Positions 10,072 to 21,212 of a stretch of DNA of 64,000 bases are shown one piece after another. Position numbers and translations under genes: made by a program. The number at the start of each line of letters is the position of its first letter. Within the stretch, counting starts at the first letter, position 1. Origin of the DNA: Candidatus Kapaibacterium sp. (GTDB lineage Bacteria > Bacteroidota > Ignavibacteria > Kapaibacteriales > UBA2268); NCBI GenBank assembly GCA_963664875.1, contig OY761611.1, forward strand, positions 2,400,001-2,464,000, read 5' to 3'. The notes beneath the pieces were generated by a model. It was not told where the DNA came from. It worked only from the letters and a program-made list of their open reading frames with translations, and searched no databases.

Positions 10072-11217
10072 TTATATTAACTTTTCAAGTTTATTCATTA
10101 TTTCTGCACTGATTTCATCTGCATAGCAGTACCCTTTACTTGTAAGTTTTAGTAGAGACTGCTCAATTTGGTAGTATCCATCAGGTATTTTGTTCTCAAA
10201 CGCGAAAAGCAGATGATCTTTCAATTCTAATCCAAACCTATTTTCAAATAGATCTAACTTAATTCCTGAAGCTCGTAATTGTAGAAAAAGTACTTCGAAG
10301 AGTTCCTCCGCTTGCCCTGTTTCTTCGTATCCTGCTGTAGGAAGATCTCCTCCGGATAGCAACCGGTTATACTTTCCTAAAGAAGAATAATTCCAGTATC
10401 TCATTTTTCCCAATTTGCCGTGAGCAGAAGGCCCAAAAGCTATATAATCATCACCATACCAATATTTCATGTTATGTCGGCAAATCATATTGTTTTTTGC
10501 ATAGTTCGATACTTCATATTGGCTGTAGCCATTTGTAGTGAGCTTATTTATAGTATGCAGGTATAACTCAGCATCTTTATCTTCTTCTAACTTTGCTATT
10601 TGTCCTTTTTTCCACTGCCTATATAGAGGTGTTCCTTTCTCGTAAATCAAACTATAGGCGGAAATATGGTTTGTATTTAGTTCTATTGCTTTGTTCAGAG
10701 AGTAATCCCAATCAGCTAAAGTTTGTTCCGGCAAAGCAAAAATCAGATCTAAGCTTACATTATCAAATCCTAATTCCATTGCTTTTGAAATAGCTTTGGT
10801 TGCTTCGTCGGAGGAGTGGATTCTTTCTAAAAATTTAAGCTCGGAGTCTCTGAAGGACTGGACTCCAAAGCTTAATCTGTTTATACCTAACTTTTTATAC
10901 TCGGCAAGGTATTCGATGTCAATTGTTCCGGGATTACACTCCAGCGATATTTCGCAATCGGGGGCAAATGTTAAGAATGTGTCAAGACTGTTAAGAGTCT
11001 TCTCCAGATGCCTGGGTTTCATTAGAGAAGGGGTGCCACCTCCGAAAAATAGTGAATCAATTTCAAGATTCCTGTTATATTTGGCAAGCCTCAGCTCTAT
11101 TTCTTTACTAAGATTGTCTATAAATCCGTCAATTCCATCGAGTTTTTCTAATGAATAGAAATCGCAATAGAAACACTTTTTAATGCAAAATGGGAAATGT
11201 ATATATATTCCGGTCAT
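10072..11217 (-). CDS. hemW: Radical SAM heme chaperone HemW
   Basis: GIYIHFPFCIKKCFYCDF, FFGGGTPS, ECNP, NRLSFGVQS, YEVSNY. True start likely MTGIY at 11217. Confidence 0.9.
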   Translation of the reverse strand: MTGIYIHFPFCIKKCFYCDFYSLEKLDGIDGFIDNLSKEIELRLAKYNRNLEIDSLFFGGGTPSLMKPRHLEKTLNSLDTFLTFAPDCEISLECNPGTIDIEYLAEYKKLGINRLSFGVQSFRDSELKFLERIHSSDEATKAISKAMELGFDNVSLDLIFALPEQTLADWDYSLNKAIELNTNHISAYSLIYEKGTPLYRQWKKGQIAKLEEDKDAELYLHTINKLTTNGYSQYEVSNYAKNNMICRHNMKYWYGDDYIAFGPSAHGKLGKMRYWNYSSLGKYNRLLSGGDLPTAGYEETGQAEELFEVLFLQLRASGIKLDLFENRFGLELKDHLLFAFENKIPDGYYQIEQSLLKLTSKGYCYADEISAEIMNKLEKLI

Positions 11218-11481
11218 AAATATTCCAATTATGTAATTTGGTTTTCGCCTAAGTCTATTTACTATTGACATCAATAAATATTTCAAATCATTGCTTCGAG
11301 TTCGATGCCAAATTAACTTGGAGGCAGTTTTGCCGTTGTAGTTTGCTCTTGTTGCAATAATCAAACCAAAATCTCTACTTTTACTGTCCACAAAGTTACA
11401 AATAAACTCCCTCATCAACACAATCTGCAGCACTATACAATTTTATCATATTACAGTCTAAATACATATAATCAAATTTTG

Positions 11482-11489
11482 TATCTTTG
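11482..11489 (+). promoter_or_regulatory. -7 box TATCTTTG, 3 nt before the umuD-like ATG
   Basis: Matches TAnnTTTG; ATG at 11493. Confidence 0.45.
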
Positions 11490-11492
11490 TGT

Positions 11493-11954
11493 ATGGATAA
11501 TATCAATTTAAAAGAAATAATCGCGGCTTCTATAGTCGAACCTTATTTGGCTGATGTCAGCAAGAGTGTGTCATTACCGGTGATAGAAGAGCCTGCGAAC
11601 GCAGGTGCAAATCTGCCCTTTTTGAACGAAGATCTATTCAAAAAGAGCATGGATTTGAATGACGAGTTTATTCACCAGCCTGCCAATAATTTCATCTTTA
11701 AAGTCAGTGGTGATTCTATGCAGCCTGATATTGAAGATGGTTGCCTTGTTGTGGTCGATACATTAAAAAAGTGTATGAGTGGAAGTATTGTGATTGCTGC
11801 TGTTGATGGCTCTTTAGTTATCAAAAGATATATCGAAGAAAATGGCAGAGCTTATTTGAGATCTTCAAATAGATATTATAGAGATATTCCAATTACAGAG
11901 TTTACGGACTTCCAGATTTGGGGAGTTGTGATTTCTAAACATACGCGGTTATAA
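11493..11954 (+). CDS. umuD: UmuD/LexA-family S24 peptidase without HTH domain
   Basis: ANAG cleavage-like site, KVSGDSM (Ser), LVIKRY (Lys), FQIWGVV. Confidence 0.8.
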   Translation: MDNINLKEIIAASIVEPYLADVSKSVSLPVIEEPANAGANLPFLNEDLFKKSMDLNDEFIHQPANNFIFKVSGDSMQPDIEDGCLVVVDTLKKCMSGSIVIAAVDGSLVIKRYIEENGRAYLRSSNRYYRDIPITEFTDFQIWGVVISKHTRL

Positions 11955-11969
11955 AATATAAAGTAAAAT

Positions 11970-12620
11970 ATGCGAATAATAGATTTTAAAAGTAAATATG
12001 ACGCTTGCATAATTCTTAACGCGGACTATCCTGATACGGATTTTTTCGAGAAGATGAATAATGTACCAATCATTGCAGCCGACGGTGCTGCCAATCGTAT
12101 GCTCAAGGAAAAAAGGCATATTGACTATATTATAGGTGATCTCGACAGCCTTGATCATGGCTATGTTTTAGCAGAAAACACAAAGTTGATACAAATCAAA
12201 GATCAGGAAACGAATGATTTTGAAAAAGCTTTAAAATTTTGTATTGATTCTAATTATAGTAATGTAGTAGTTGCCGGATTTCACGGTGGCGAATTGGAAC
12301 ACAGCCTGAACAATTGGAGTGTTTTTGCGAGATTTTCCAAATTGCTTACTCTTTGCATTTTTGACAAAGGCAGGTATGGCTTTGCAGTAAATGAGAGCGT
12401 CCAAATCTTATCATATAAAGGCGAAACAGTGTCACTCATTCCCCAGTGTAAATGTAAGCTCACAAGTTACAATTTGAAATGGAGTCTGAGTAATGAGTAT
12501 TTAGAGATAGGCATAAGAGAAGGAGCAAGGAATGTTTCTTTGTCTGACAGCTTCAGTCTCGATATATTTGAAGGTGAGCTTATAGTTTTTGTAGATGCAA
12601 AACTTCCATATTCTTTGTAA
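11970..12620 (+). CDS. thiN: Thiamine pyrophosphokinase
   Basis: IAADGAAN, IIGDLDSL, DQETNDFEKAL, GFHGGELEHSLNN. Confidence 0.9.
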   Translation: MRIIDFKSKYDACIILNADYPDTDFFEKMNNVPIIAADGAANRMLKEKRHIDYIIGDLDSLDHGYVLAENTKLIQIKDQETNDFEKALKFCIDSNYSNVVVAGFHGGELEHSLNNWSVFARFSKLLTLCIFDKGRYGFAVNESVQILSYKGETVSLIPQCKCKLTSYNLKWSLSNEYLEIGIREGARNVSLSDSFSLDIFEGELIVFVDAKLPYSL

Positions 12621-12703
12621 TTGTTATTGAATATTTCTACAAAATGATTTGAATACGAAAGAGCTATGTTTTGTTCAAATTATTTAAAAAAATCTCTCTT
12701 GCT

Positions 12704-13135
12704 TTATCTCACAGGTTCTGTTGACGGAAATTCTGTAGTAATTATAATTTTATCGATATTTTTTACCGCAATAGCTCTTTTTCCGCCAAGTATGCGGGAG
12801 CGCTCCCCAAAAAGACTATCATTTCTAAAATAGAGAGTATTGAAATAGCATTTCATTACTTCGCCGTCTTTTCCGTAAATTTCAAACTGTGTGTTTTTGT
12901 CAGGATAAAGCCAAACTTCGGCACCGTCATCATTGATGCACTTTATTTTTTCTATCTTGTTGGCTAAGTAGCTATTAGTATTGAACATAGACCAGTCCGA
13001 AGATACCTCGTATGCCGGACTATTTACAAGCTGCGATACTAAACTTTCGGTGCTTATACTAAAAGAAACGCAACCGGAAATCAGAAGTGTGATTGCAGCA
13101 ACTAAAGCTATTTTGAAAAATATAGTAAAAGACAT
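12704..13135 (-). CDS. Hypothetical lipoprotein
   Basis: Lipobox LISGC; GGAG RBS before ATG 13135. Confidence 0.6.
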   Translation of the reverse strand: MSFTIFFKIALVAAITLLISGCVSFSISTESLVSQLVNSPAYEVSSDWSMFNTNSYLANKIEKIKCINDDGAEVWLYPDKNTQFEIYGKDGEVMKCYFNTLYFRNDSLFGERSRILGGKRAIAVKNIDKIIITTEFPSTEPVR

Positions 13136-13213
13136 ATTTTCTCCGTTTTTTTTAAAAGCTACTTGTGATAGAGCCTTGATTGTTATGTATTGCATGACTG
13201 ATAAATCGGAATA

Positions 13214-14086
13214 TTATTTCTCTTTCAATATTCTCATCTGCAAAATAGAAAAGATAATCAGAATGATAAACAAGGTATAGGCAATTGCCGAGGCATAACC
13301 CATTAAATCAGACTCTTTGAAGGCGTTTTCGTAAACCTGATAAACAAGCGTAGTGGTTGAATGCAGAGGGCCTCCCTTTGTCATAACAAAGACCTCAACA
13401 AAAACCTGAAATGATTTGATGCCGTTTATTATCAGCACGAATACAAGTGTAGGTCGGAGTAGCGGGAAAGTAATCTCCCAAAATTGCCTGATTGGGGAAG
13501 CGCCGTTAAGTTCCGCAGCTTCGTACAAATCATTCGGGATTGTCTGCATACCTGCCAAAAAAAGCACCATATAGTATCCGGAAGCCATCCATATATCCAT
13601 AGCCATAATAGAAAGTAAAGCGCTTGAAGGTTCGGCAAGCCAGCCTCTTTCTGTCCCTGCAAAGCCTAACATCTTTACAATTGCATTTACATATCCGTCT
13701 ATGGAATATAGATTTGTAAAAATCAGAGCTATTACAACCAATGCGGTCACTGAAGGCATGAAATATGCAGCCCGAAAGACTTCTTTGAGTTTTATATATT
13801 TTTTATTTAGAGAATTAGCCATAAAAAGAGCTAAAGCTGTAGTAATTGGTACACTTCCCAGAGTGAATAAACTTGTATTGGAAAGAGCTTTCCAAAAAAG
13901 TTCGTCACTCAGCATATTGGAATAGTTTTCCAATCCTATCCAAATTGCCTCCCCCGTTAATGCATTGTATTCGGTCATACTCATATATGCTGAATAAATC
14001 AGAGGGTATAGCCAAAAGATACTAAATGTCAAAATCCAAGGCAAAAGCATAATAAATGTGTTGATTTTTGACTTCGTGCTGTTCAT
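13214..14086 (-). CDS. Carbohydrate ABC transporter permease (MalF/UgpA type)
   Basis: IGLENY, EAA loop LYEAAELNGAS, ITFPLLRP, MTKGGP. Confidence 0.9.
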   Translation of the reverse strand: MNSTKSKINTFIMLLPWILTFSIFWLYPLIYSAYMSMTEYNALTGEAIWIGLENYSNMLSDELFWKALSNTSLFTLGSVPITTALALFMANSLNKKYIKLKEVFRAAYFMPSVTALVVIALIFTNLYSIDGYVNAIVKMLGFAGTERGWLAEPSSALLSIMAMDIWMASGYYMVLFLAGMQTIPNDLYEAAELNGASPIRQFWEITFPLLRPTLVFVLIINGIKSFQVFVEVFVMTKGGPLHSTTTLVYQVYENAFKESDLMGYASAIAYTLFIILIIFSILQMRILKEK

Positions 14087-14682
14087 CAGGTAAAATACTC
14101 CATAAGCATTTTATAAAGTAGCTGCAGAGGCAAACCAACTATGTTATAGTAGCAACCTTCGATTCTATTCACAAAGACTGCTCCAAAATCGTCTTGGATA
14201 CCATAAGCTCCTGCTTTGTCCATAGGGGAGCCGGTTGAAATATAGGCATCTATTTCTTTGTCATTCAGCTGCCTGAAGCTCACTTTTGTTTCTTCATATC
14301 TAATGTCTTCCTTACCGTTAGCACTATCGTAGAGAGCAACACCTGTGTAAACCGTGTGTGTATTCGAACTTAGTTTTTGAAGCATCTTTGCAGCGTCTTT
14401 GCTGTCAGCAGGCTTTTCAAGTATTTCGTTGCCAAGCACCACGATAGTATCTGAGCCAATATACAAGCCTTCTGCATCTCCTGAAGCAGCAGCCTTTGCT
14501 TTCTCTATAGCCAAAGACATTACATATTGCTCAGGTGCAAGGTTGCCATGATTAATTTCTTCAATGCTCGCAGGTTTGACTTCAAATTCGAGTCCAAGCA
14601 TCTCCAGTAAAAACTTCCTTCGTGGAGATTGCGAAGCAAGAACAATTCGCTTATTGATATCTATAATTTGAGTGATATTCAT
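14086..14682 (-). CDS. maf: Maf nucleoside triphosphate pyrophosphatase
   Basis: LASQSPRR, GSDTIV, ILEKP, DKAGAYGIQ, NIVGLP. Confidence 0.95.
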   Translation of the reverse strand: MNITQIIDINKRIVLASQSPRRKFLLEMLGLEFEVKPASIEEINHGNLAPEQYVMSLAIEKAKAAASGDAEGLYIGSDTIVVLGNEILEKPADSKDAAKMLQKLSSNTHTVYTGVALYDSANGKEDIRYEETKVSFRQLNDKEIDAYISTGSPMDKAGAYGIQDDFGAVFVNRIEGCYYNIVGLPLQLLYKMLMEYFT

Positions 14683-14930
14683 CTTTTTATTATTGCTTGA
14701 AAAAAGTAAAGGAGTTATAAGTTTAAAGTATGCCCCGTCAAATACTTGCTTTGGCTTAAGCTAAATAGAACACTTGTAAGCCTAAAATGTGAAGCTGAAA
14801 CACATCTCATAAATAACTATTAGTCCGACGAAGGATAAAAAAGATCTACAATAGCACTTCATACCTATCGTTGATGTCTTCAATCAACGAGAACAAATAG
14901 ATTACTTGAAACTGTATCAGGCATAAGCAG

Positions 14931-15917
14931 TTATTTTACGGCTGCTATCAATTCTTTGATTATATCATTAGTACTAATATTTTCAGCTTCAGCACTAAAG
15001 TTTGTTACAATTCTGTGGCGAAGCACAGAGAAGGCAACTGAATTTATATCATCTATTTCAGGAGAGTATCTGCCTTGTAGTGCAGCTCGCGATTTTGCAC
15101 CCAAAATTAAGTACTGAGAAGCTCTTGGCCCTGCACCATAGCTGAGATAATCCTTAACATAAGCAACATTACTTTCAGATGGTCTTGTCGCCCTGACCAT
15201 TTTAACTGCATATTTAATAACATTGTCAGCTACCGGAACTCTTCTAATTAATTCCTGGTATTCTATAATTTTATTTCCGTCGAGTACTTTTTCTATCTGA
15301 GGTTTATATTCAGCAGTAGTAGAGCGAACTATATTAATTTCTTCTTCTAAAGTAGGATAGTCCAGCCACAAATTGAACATAAACCGGTCGAGCTGTGCTT
15401 CAGGCAAAGGATAAGTTCCTTCCTGCTCTATTGGGTTCTGAGTAGAAAGTACAAAAAACGGCTCTTGTAGCTGATAAGTAGTGCCTGCCGCCGTTACCGC
15501 GTGCTCTTCCATCGCTTCTAAAAGAGCAGATTGAGTCTTTGGCGGTGTTCTGTTTATCTCGTCAGCTAATACGATATTAGAAAAGATAGGACCTTTCACA
15601 AATTTGAAAGTTTTAGCTCCTGTTGCCAAATTGTCCTCTATTACCTCATTACCGGAAATATCTCCGGGCATCAAATCCGGCGTAAACTGAATTCGGCTAA
15701 AATCTAAATCGAGTGTGCGAGACAAAGTCCTGATAAGAAGTGTCTTTGCTAAACCCGGTACGCCAATCAGAAGGCAGTGTCCTTTAGCAAACAAAGAAAT
15801 AAGCAGCTGATCTATTATATCATGCTGTCCGATAATTACTTTTCCAATTTCAGCTTTGACTTTTTTAATTGCAGAAGATAATTCCGCAACAAGTTGAGTA
15901 TCATTTCTTTCCGGCAT
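14931..15917 (-). CDS. moxR: MoxR-family AAA+ ATPase
   Basis: GVPGLAKT, RIQFTPDLMPGD, LADEINRTPPKTQSALL, TQNPIEQEGTYPLPEAQLDRF. Confidence 0.95.
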   Translation of the reverse strand: MPERNDTQLVAELSSAIKKVKAEIGKVIIGQHDIIDQLLISLFAKGHCLLIGVPGLAKTLLIRTLSRTLDLDFSRIQFTPDLMPGDISGNEVIEDNLATGAKTFKFVKGPIFSNIVLADEINRTPPKTQSALLEAMEEHAVTAAGTTYQLQEPFFVLSTQNPIEQEGTYPLPEAQLDRFMFNLWLDYPTLEEEINIVRSTTAEYKPQIEKVLDGNKIIEYQELIRRVPVADNVIKYAVKMVRATRPSESNVAYVKDYLSYGAGPRASQYLILGAKSRAALQGRYSPEIDDINSVAFSVLRHRIVTNFSAEAENISTNDIIKELIAAVK

Positions 15918-16511
15918 CTATTCTCTCTTGTTTTAATTTATATCAATATTTATCATATCTCATTGCAATATCAACCATTAGGGAAATACGGAGCAACTGT
16001 TCTTATGTTGCAGAGTCCAAACTATTTGGATATCAAAGCATTTGATACATATCGCTGATTGTAAATATTGCAGTTTGTAATATACAATCCAATTTTGTCT
16101 TATTCAAATGATTAGAGCTAAAGAACTAGTCAATACAAACGGGAAAGCAATTGTTTAACGGTCATTTATCATCAGGACGCAAAAATACTTATACATTGCT
16201 TTATTTTCCGGGCATAATAAACATCGTATTAATATGTAAATTTTACAATATCAAGCATTGTACAAGGTTAAGGTTGCTGAGCTGAGAGCTTATGCCGAGT
16301 AAAGTCGAGGCAAAGCATAACCCTTGCCTATAAACAAGATAATGACTTGATTGGGTTTTCAAATGACATTTTCCATCTAACTAATTGCAAGAAAGTAGTT
16401 GTTAGAATGAAAGACAACGATATGAAGAAAATTTTTATTATTTTAAACCATATTGAGTTTATTAGTTAAACGTTGCGGTCGAATAATATAGGTTAATAAG
16501 AATATATTTTT

Positions 16512-16597
16512 AGCCTGAAAGGCTGATAGATAATAGCCCATGGCAGCGCCATGGGACGGTTGCAAGTATTGAGTAAACAGAGCCCTGTAAGGGCGGC
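16512..16597 (+). repeat. Solo half-unit of the REP family found around the Y1 transposase
   Basis: agcctgaaaggctg, agcccatggcagcgccatggg and agccctgtaagggc in the same order as at 26108-26192. Confidence 0.75.
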
Positions 16598-16648
16598 AAG
16601 GTTTTCCTATACAGGAGATATAAATAAGAGATTGGTGTTACTTTTTCC

Positions 16649-16730
16649 ATTTCTTTTTCTTTTTTTTGCGATAAAAAAGAAACGGCACTTCGACAAGTTC
16701 AGTGACCTTTGGAAAAAGAAAAAAGAACGC
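16649..16730. repeat. Nested palindromic REP/MITE-like element
   Basis: tttctttttctttt...gaaaaagaaaaaagaa arms enclosing cacttcgacaagttcagtgacc, which resembles common Bacteroidota intergenic palindromes. Confidence 0.5.
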
Positions 16731-17120
16731 TTTGTCTCCTCTCCTCATATAGTGTTTAAGCGTAAGAAGCACATCCAATTAAGGAATTACTGAAAACAAA
16801 TGTATATATTAAGGAGTGCTGATGCAATATATAGGCAATAGACGGACTATTTACTATGATATCATATATTTTTTCGACTAAATGATATTTATAGAGAAAA
16901 AAATAGACAAACAGTTAGCTCCTTTTTGCCACAAACGCAAGTTTGTATTAGGGATTAGGAATTAACCGAGATAAAGACCAATAAGTCTTTTCTAAGATCA
17001 ATAGCGAGTCAAACCTTATATTGCTATTTTGATAATCGAATTCAGGAAAAAATATTAAATTGCCTTATTCGATTACAAAATCTGATGTTTTTACAATAGT
17101 TCACCAAAGGGAAGATAATT

Positions 17121-17942
17121 ATGGAAAAATTTAATTGGATAGAAGCCGGAAGCTATAGCGATATCAGGTATCACAAGATGGAAGGTATCGCAAAAATCAC
17201 AATTAACAGACCTGAAAGAAGAAATGCTTTTAGACCGCAAACTGTAATGCAAATGTCGAAAGCTCTGGAAGATGCAAGAATGGATCCGGAGATTGGTGTA
17301 ATTATTCTCACAGGCGAAGGAGAAAAAGCATTTTGCTCCGGTGGCGACCAAAAAATTCGAGGAGATGCCGGATATAAAGACGATGATGGTGTAATGCATT
17401 TAAATGTTTTAGATTTCCAAAGGCAAATAAGAACCTGCCCTAAACCAATTGTTGCTATGGTCGCAGGATATGCTATCGGGGGTGGACATGTTTTACACAT
17501 GATGTGTGACTTGACTATAAGTGCAGATAATGCTATCTACGGCCAGACAGGTCCGAAAGTAGGTTCCTTTGATGGCGGATATGGAGCCAGCTACATGGCA
17601 AGAATAGTAGGTCAAAAAAAGGCGAGAGAAATATGGTTTCTTTGCAGACAATATGATGCCAAACAAGCTTTAGAAATGGGGCTTGTTAATACAGTTGTTC
17701 CTCTCGATAAATTGGAAGAAGAAACTGTGCAATGGTGCCGCGAGATGCTTGCTAATTCACCTATTGCACTAAGATGCCTAAAAGCTGCTCTCAATGCAGA
17801 CTGCGATGGCCAGGCAGGCCTGCAGGAACTTGCAGGAAATGCGACTATGCTGTTTTACATGTCCGAAGAAGGGCAGGAAGGCAGAAATGCATTTGTAGAA
17901 AAACGTAAACCTGATTTCAGCAAATTTACTCGCCGTCCTTAA
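17121..17942 (+). CDS. menB: 1,4-dihydroxy-2-naphthoyl-CoA synthase
   Basis: [43 protein letters not shown]. Confidence 0.97.
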   Translation: MEKFNWIEAGSYSDIRYHKMEGIAKITINRPERRNAFRPQTVMQMSKALEDARMDPEIGVIILTGEGEKAFCSGGDQKIRGDAGYKDDDGVMHLNVLDFQRQIRTCPKPIVAMVAGYAIGGGHVLHMMCDLTISADNAIYGQTGPKVGSFDGGYGASYMARIVGQKKAREIWFLCRQYDAKQALEMGLVNTVVPLDKLEEETVQWCREMLANSPIALRCLKAALNADCDGQAGLQELAGNATMLFYMSEEGQEGRNAFVEKRKPDFSKFTRRP

Positions 17943-17988
17943 TTATATTTTTTCTGATAATTTTTGACGGGTTAATGATATTATTTAG

Positions 17989-18033
17989 AAAGCTAATTAG
18001 AGTTGTTTTTTATCGAAGACTCTAATTAGCTTT
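17989..18033 (+). terminator. Hairpin downstream of menB
   Basis: aaagctaattagagt...actctaattagcttt inverted repeat. Confidence 0.55.
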
Positions 18034-18048
18034 ACTAATATGAAAACC

Positions 18049-18080
18049 AAAAAAAAAGCTGCTCACAAGAGCAGCTTTTA
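18049..18080 (-). terminator. Bidirectional terminator (rplS/menB)
   Basis: aaaaaaagctgctc-acaa-gagcagctttt. Confidence 0.85.
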
Positions 18081-18095
18081 GTACAATTTTTGCTT

Positions 18096-18476
18096 TTAGC
18101 TGAGTTTTTGGCGGATTTTCTTTTCGGACATTCCACGTAAGTAGTATAATTTAGAACGACGTACACGACCTTCTCTTACTACTTCTATTTTTTGAATCAT
18201 TGGAGAGAAAAGAGGAAAAATTCTTTCTACACCAACGCCATTAGATACTTTTCTAACGAGGAACGTTTCTTGGATACTTCCGCCGGAACGTGCGATTACG
18301 ATACCTTTGAAATTCTGAATACGTTCTTTTTCACCTTCAACTACACGTACAGAAACGATTACTGTATCGCCGGCTTTGAACTTAGGAATTTCTGCAAAGT
18401 TATCGCCATCTTTTGCTTTGCGTGCTTCAACAGCAGTATTTACCGCCATCTGATTTACATAATCAATAGCATTCAT
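18096..18476 (-). CDS. rplS: 50S ribosomal protein L19
   Basis: [36 protein letters not shown]. Confidence 0.98.
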   Translation of the reverse strand: MNAIDYVNQMAVNTAVEARKAKDGDNFAEIPKFKAGDTVIVSVRVVEGEKERIQNFKGIVIARSGGSIQETFLVRKVSNGVGVERIFPLFSPMIQKIEVVREGRVRRSKLYYLRGMSEKKIRQKLS

Positions 18477-18628
18477 TGTATCCGACTCCCAAAAAATTAC
18501 GAGCTACAAATATAGCTACTATTTATTTCTTAAACAAATTATTTTCAATTATCAAAATTTATTTATCCCCATTCTGCATTGCAGAGGACTACAAATATAG
18601 CAAAATTTTTGATATTTGAATAAATAAT

Positions 18629-21067
18629 TTACATTGGCCACGATACTGAGATCGCCCAGTTAAACCTTCCGCCTGCCTGCTTGCCTATACCCCAGCGGGT
18701 ATCGAATGTTAGGAACACAACGTTGCTTATAAGTACCGGGATTCTGCCCAAGCTGACTCCGACTTCGCTGTATCCGTCTTTCAGCTCTTCAATATTTCCG
18801 AATGTTTGCCAAATTTTTATATCGGAATTTTGATAAAACTGACCGGTCGAGGCAGCTAATATCAAATCTAATCCACGCCCGTCTATCAGCGGCAAGCCAA
18901 GAGCTCGCCACCAAATATCAGTAAAATTGTATCGTGCATGATAGGTCTGAAACGCTTTACTGCTAAATGTTGTTCGTGGTGACGAAACAAAGTTCCCAAA
19001 TTGAGAAAATATGAACATATCTGTTCGCATACGGAACTGATACTGAATAGGCAGATTGTTTGAGCCAATTCCGTGATGCAGTAAAAGCTCGAACTTTTGC
19101 GAAGAGTATCCTGTGTTTACTATTGGTATAGACATAAAAAAGCGTCCCTGAAGTGAGCGGAAAGACTCTCCGCTGCTTGTCTTTTCTCCATAGAGTGCTT
19201 CTATTTCGGCATTGCTGGTGATGCCTCTAGTAAAATTGATAAAGTCGAACTTACCAAACTTAGCTTTGACTTTTGCAGTTCGGTAATGCCCTGGATCGCA
19301 GGCTGTATTTTCTAACCATGGATCTCCATGTACATAATCACCATGCAGCAGTAACGATCGTTCTGTCGATTTTTGGAGAGAAGAATGCATCGAAGAGTTG
19401 ACTTCGCCCCTTAGTTCGAAAAATGTATTCTCGTAGTTAAGTCCTAAAGTCCATCCGTCATTGCGATAATAATCGAAGAAGTCTCTATGAAAAAAAAGTG
19501 CAATCAGTGAATTGGCAAATCTATTGTATCCGTTATTTATCATTATTGCAACATCAGAATATGCCTTAAAGTCAAAATAAAGACTTTTGTATTTTGTATG
19601 GTAGAGGTAATCAGTAAACTGAATATAGCCATAGGGAAGTTTCTGACCGAAGCTGTATGAGCCGTTTAGTCGTAGCTCGTAGTCACGGTATTGAAGTATT
19701 GGAGTAAGTCCGAAAGCAAGAGCATTTACTCTATTGAAATCGAAATAAGGTACCATTTTGCCTTTGAGTCTAAATGGCGAAAATCTCCAATGATCAATGC
19801 TGTCGAGACTGTCGCGCTGCAACTTGGCAGTCAGTTCTCTAAGCTCAATTTCAGTGCGTGCGTGTCGATGCCAAAAATCCAAACCCACGGAATCAGCCAT
19901 AGGCAAATAATCAATAGCAAAATCAGGGCGCTTAAGTTCCTCTTCGTCATACAAAAAGTCTGGCAGTTTATCGTTAAGTTCAACAGCGTCATAGATACTT
20001 ACAGCATGTGCTTCGGTAGTAACATCAACATATTTATACAGCATCTGCACTTTGACTTTTGCTGTAACTTCGAGAAAAGCCCAATGCCAGACTCCCGGTT
20101 TGTATTCTTCATATCTTTGATAAAGGAAAACCTGCTCCAGTAATGGGATTTTGGTTTGCCTTGCCGGTCTGATATCAATTTCAATGATATTAAAATTAGC
20201 ACCTTCTATTTTGACACTGCCTTCCAATGTAGGAAAGACATCGTCTTTGGAGACAATTTCAATTTCGTAAATATAGTTTCCATTGTAAAAAAGTACGTTA
20301 TTGAGCTCGAAATCGTAATGCTCAGACGCGTCTTCTGCAAATGGGGATTTGATATGAAGGCTCATGAAGTCAATATCTTCTGCTCTGATAGTAATAAATT
20401 TCAGCATTTGAAACAAATGCTCTTCTGCATCAAAATCAGCAGTGTTGCGTTGCTTTTTAACTATTTTTTTTTCTATATGCTTATCGTAGTCATAATAGTC
20501 TTCACTAAACTTCTCAGTAACAAATAATCTGTCCAAATCTCTGAATATCGCTTTTTGAGGGGTAGTTATCTTTATGCCTGTTCCCACATTTCTCAGTACG
20601 CCCCAGTCTGTACCTTTAAGATGAAGCCTGAGTTTGGAATAGTTTGAACCTTTAAATGTAGAAATATGCTTTTGAAGTAGTGTGTTTCTGGCAAGCCTCA
20701 TGATTTCGAGCGGGTCGTCAAGATATGTCAAGCTCGTATCGGCTGCTGCCATATTTTGTTTGAGGCTGATAGCAAATGAGCTAACAGACATATCATATAC
20801 CACAATAGTATCGCGATACCCCGGTGAAGTAAATCTTATTCTCGAAAGTCCATTATCTGCCGGAAGTCTGAATTCTCCGTTCATAAGAGAAAATGTTATG
20901 GCTCCGTTTTCTAAATTTTCACATTTAACTCCCGGAAGGGCTAAAGTGTTCCTATTGTCGTAGATTTTACCAAATGCAGCTGTAGGTTCGGTCTCGGCGT
21001 GCAAACTTTGAAAGCAAATAAAAGCTGTCAGCAAGCTAATCAGTATTTGCTCCAAAGGATTTTGCAT
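18629..21067 (-). CDS. CarboxypepD-reg-like + DUF5686-type outer-membrane protein
   Basis: N-terminal GKIYD...LPGV...NGEFRL...FTSPGY; SPFAEDA..HYDF, FNRVNA, DYY, YSEVGV motifs. Confidence 0.75.
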   Translation of the reverse strand: MQNPLEQILISLLTAFICFQSLHAETEPTAAFGKIYDNRNTLALPGVKCENLENGAITFSLMNGEFRLPADNGLSRIRFTSPGYRDTIVVYDMSVSSFAISLKQNMAAADTSLTYLDDPLEIMRLARNTLLQKHISTFKGSNYSKLRLHLKGTDWGVLRNVGTGIKITTPQKAIFRDLDRLFVTEKFSEDYYDYDKHIEKKIVKKQRNTADFDAEEHLFQMLKFITIRAEDIDFMSLHIKSPFAEDASEHYDFELNNVLFYNGNYIYEIEIVSKDDVFPTLEGSVKIEGANFNIIEIDIRPARQTKIPLLEQVFLYQRYEEYKPGVWHWAFLEVTAKVKVQMLYKYVDVTTEAHAVSIYDAVELNDKLPDFLYDEEELKRPDFAIDYLPMADSVGLDFWHRHARTEIELRELTAKLQRDSLDSIDHWRFSPFRLKGKMVPYFDFNRVNALAFGLTPILQYRDYELRLNGSYSFGQKLPYGYIQFTDYLYHTKYKSLYFDFKAYSDVAIMINNGYNRFANSLIALFFHRDFFDYYRNDGWTLGLNYENTFFELRGEVNSSMHSSLQKSTERSLLLHGDYVHGDPWLENTACDPGHYRTAKVKAKFGKFDFINFTRGITSNAEIEALYGEKTSSGESFRSLQGRFFMSIPIVNTGYSSQKFELLLHHGIGSNNLPIQYQFRMRTDMFIFSQFGNFVSSPRTTFSSKAFQTYHARYNFTDIWWRALGLPLIDGRGLDLILAASTGQFYQNSDIKIWQTFGNIEELKDGYSEVGVSLGRIPVLISNVVFLTFDTRWGIGKQAGGRFNWAISVSWPM

Positions 21068-21212
21068 GATGATTTCCTATAATCATTTACTTAATTAAGC
21101 AGACAAAAAATATAAGAGTATTTTTCAATTTTACCAAAATATACTTTTACATTTCTACGCAAAACTAAATTTGTTTATTTTTGGAAAAGCACATTACTTA
21201 ATTGGATTATTT

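Noticed and set aside
11218-11433. 72-aa N-terminal extension of HemW
   Set aside because: Non-ATG start in the ORF track; the HemW family pattern begins at MTGIYIH, and this region is a divergent promoter interval.
16551-16793. 80-aa ORF
   Set aside because: Made of REP and poly-T/poly-A palindromes; not credible as coding.
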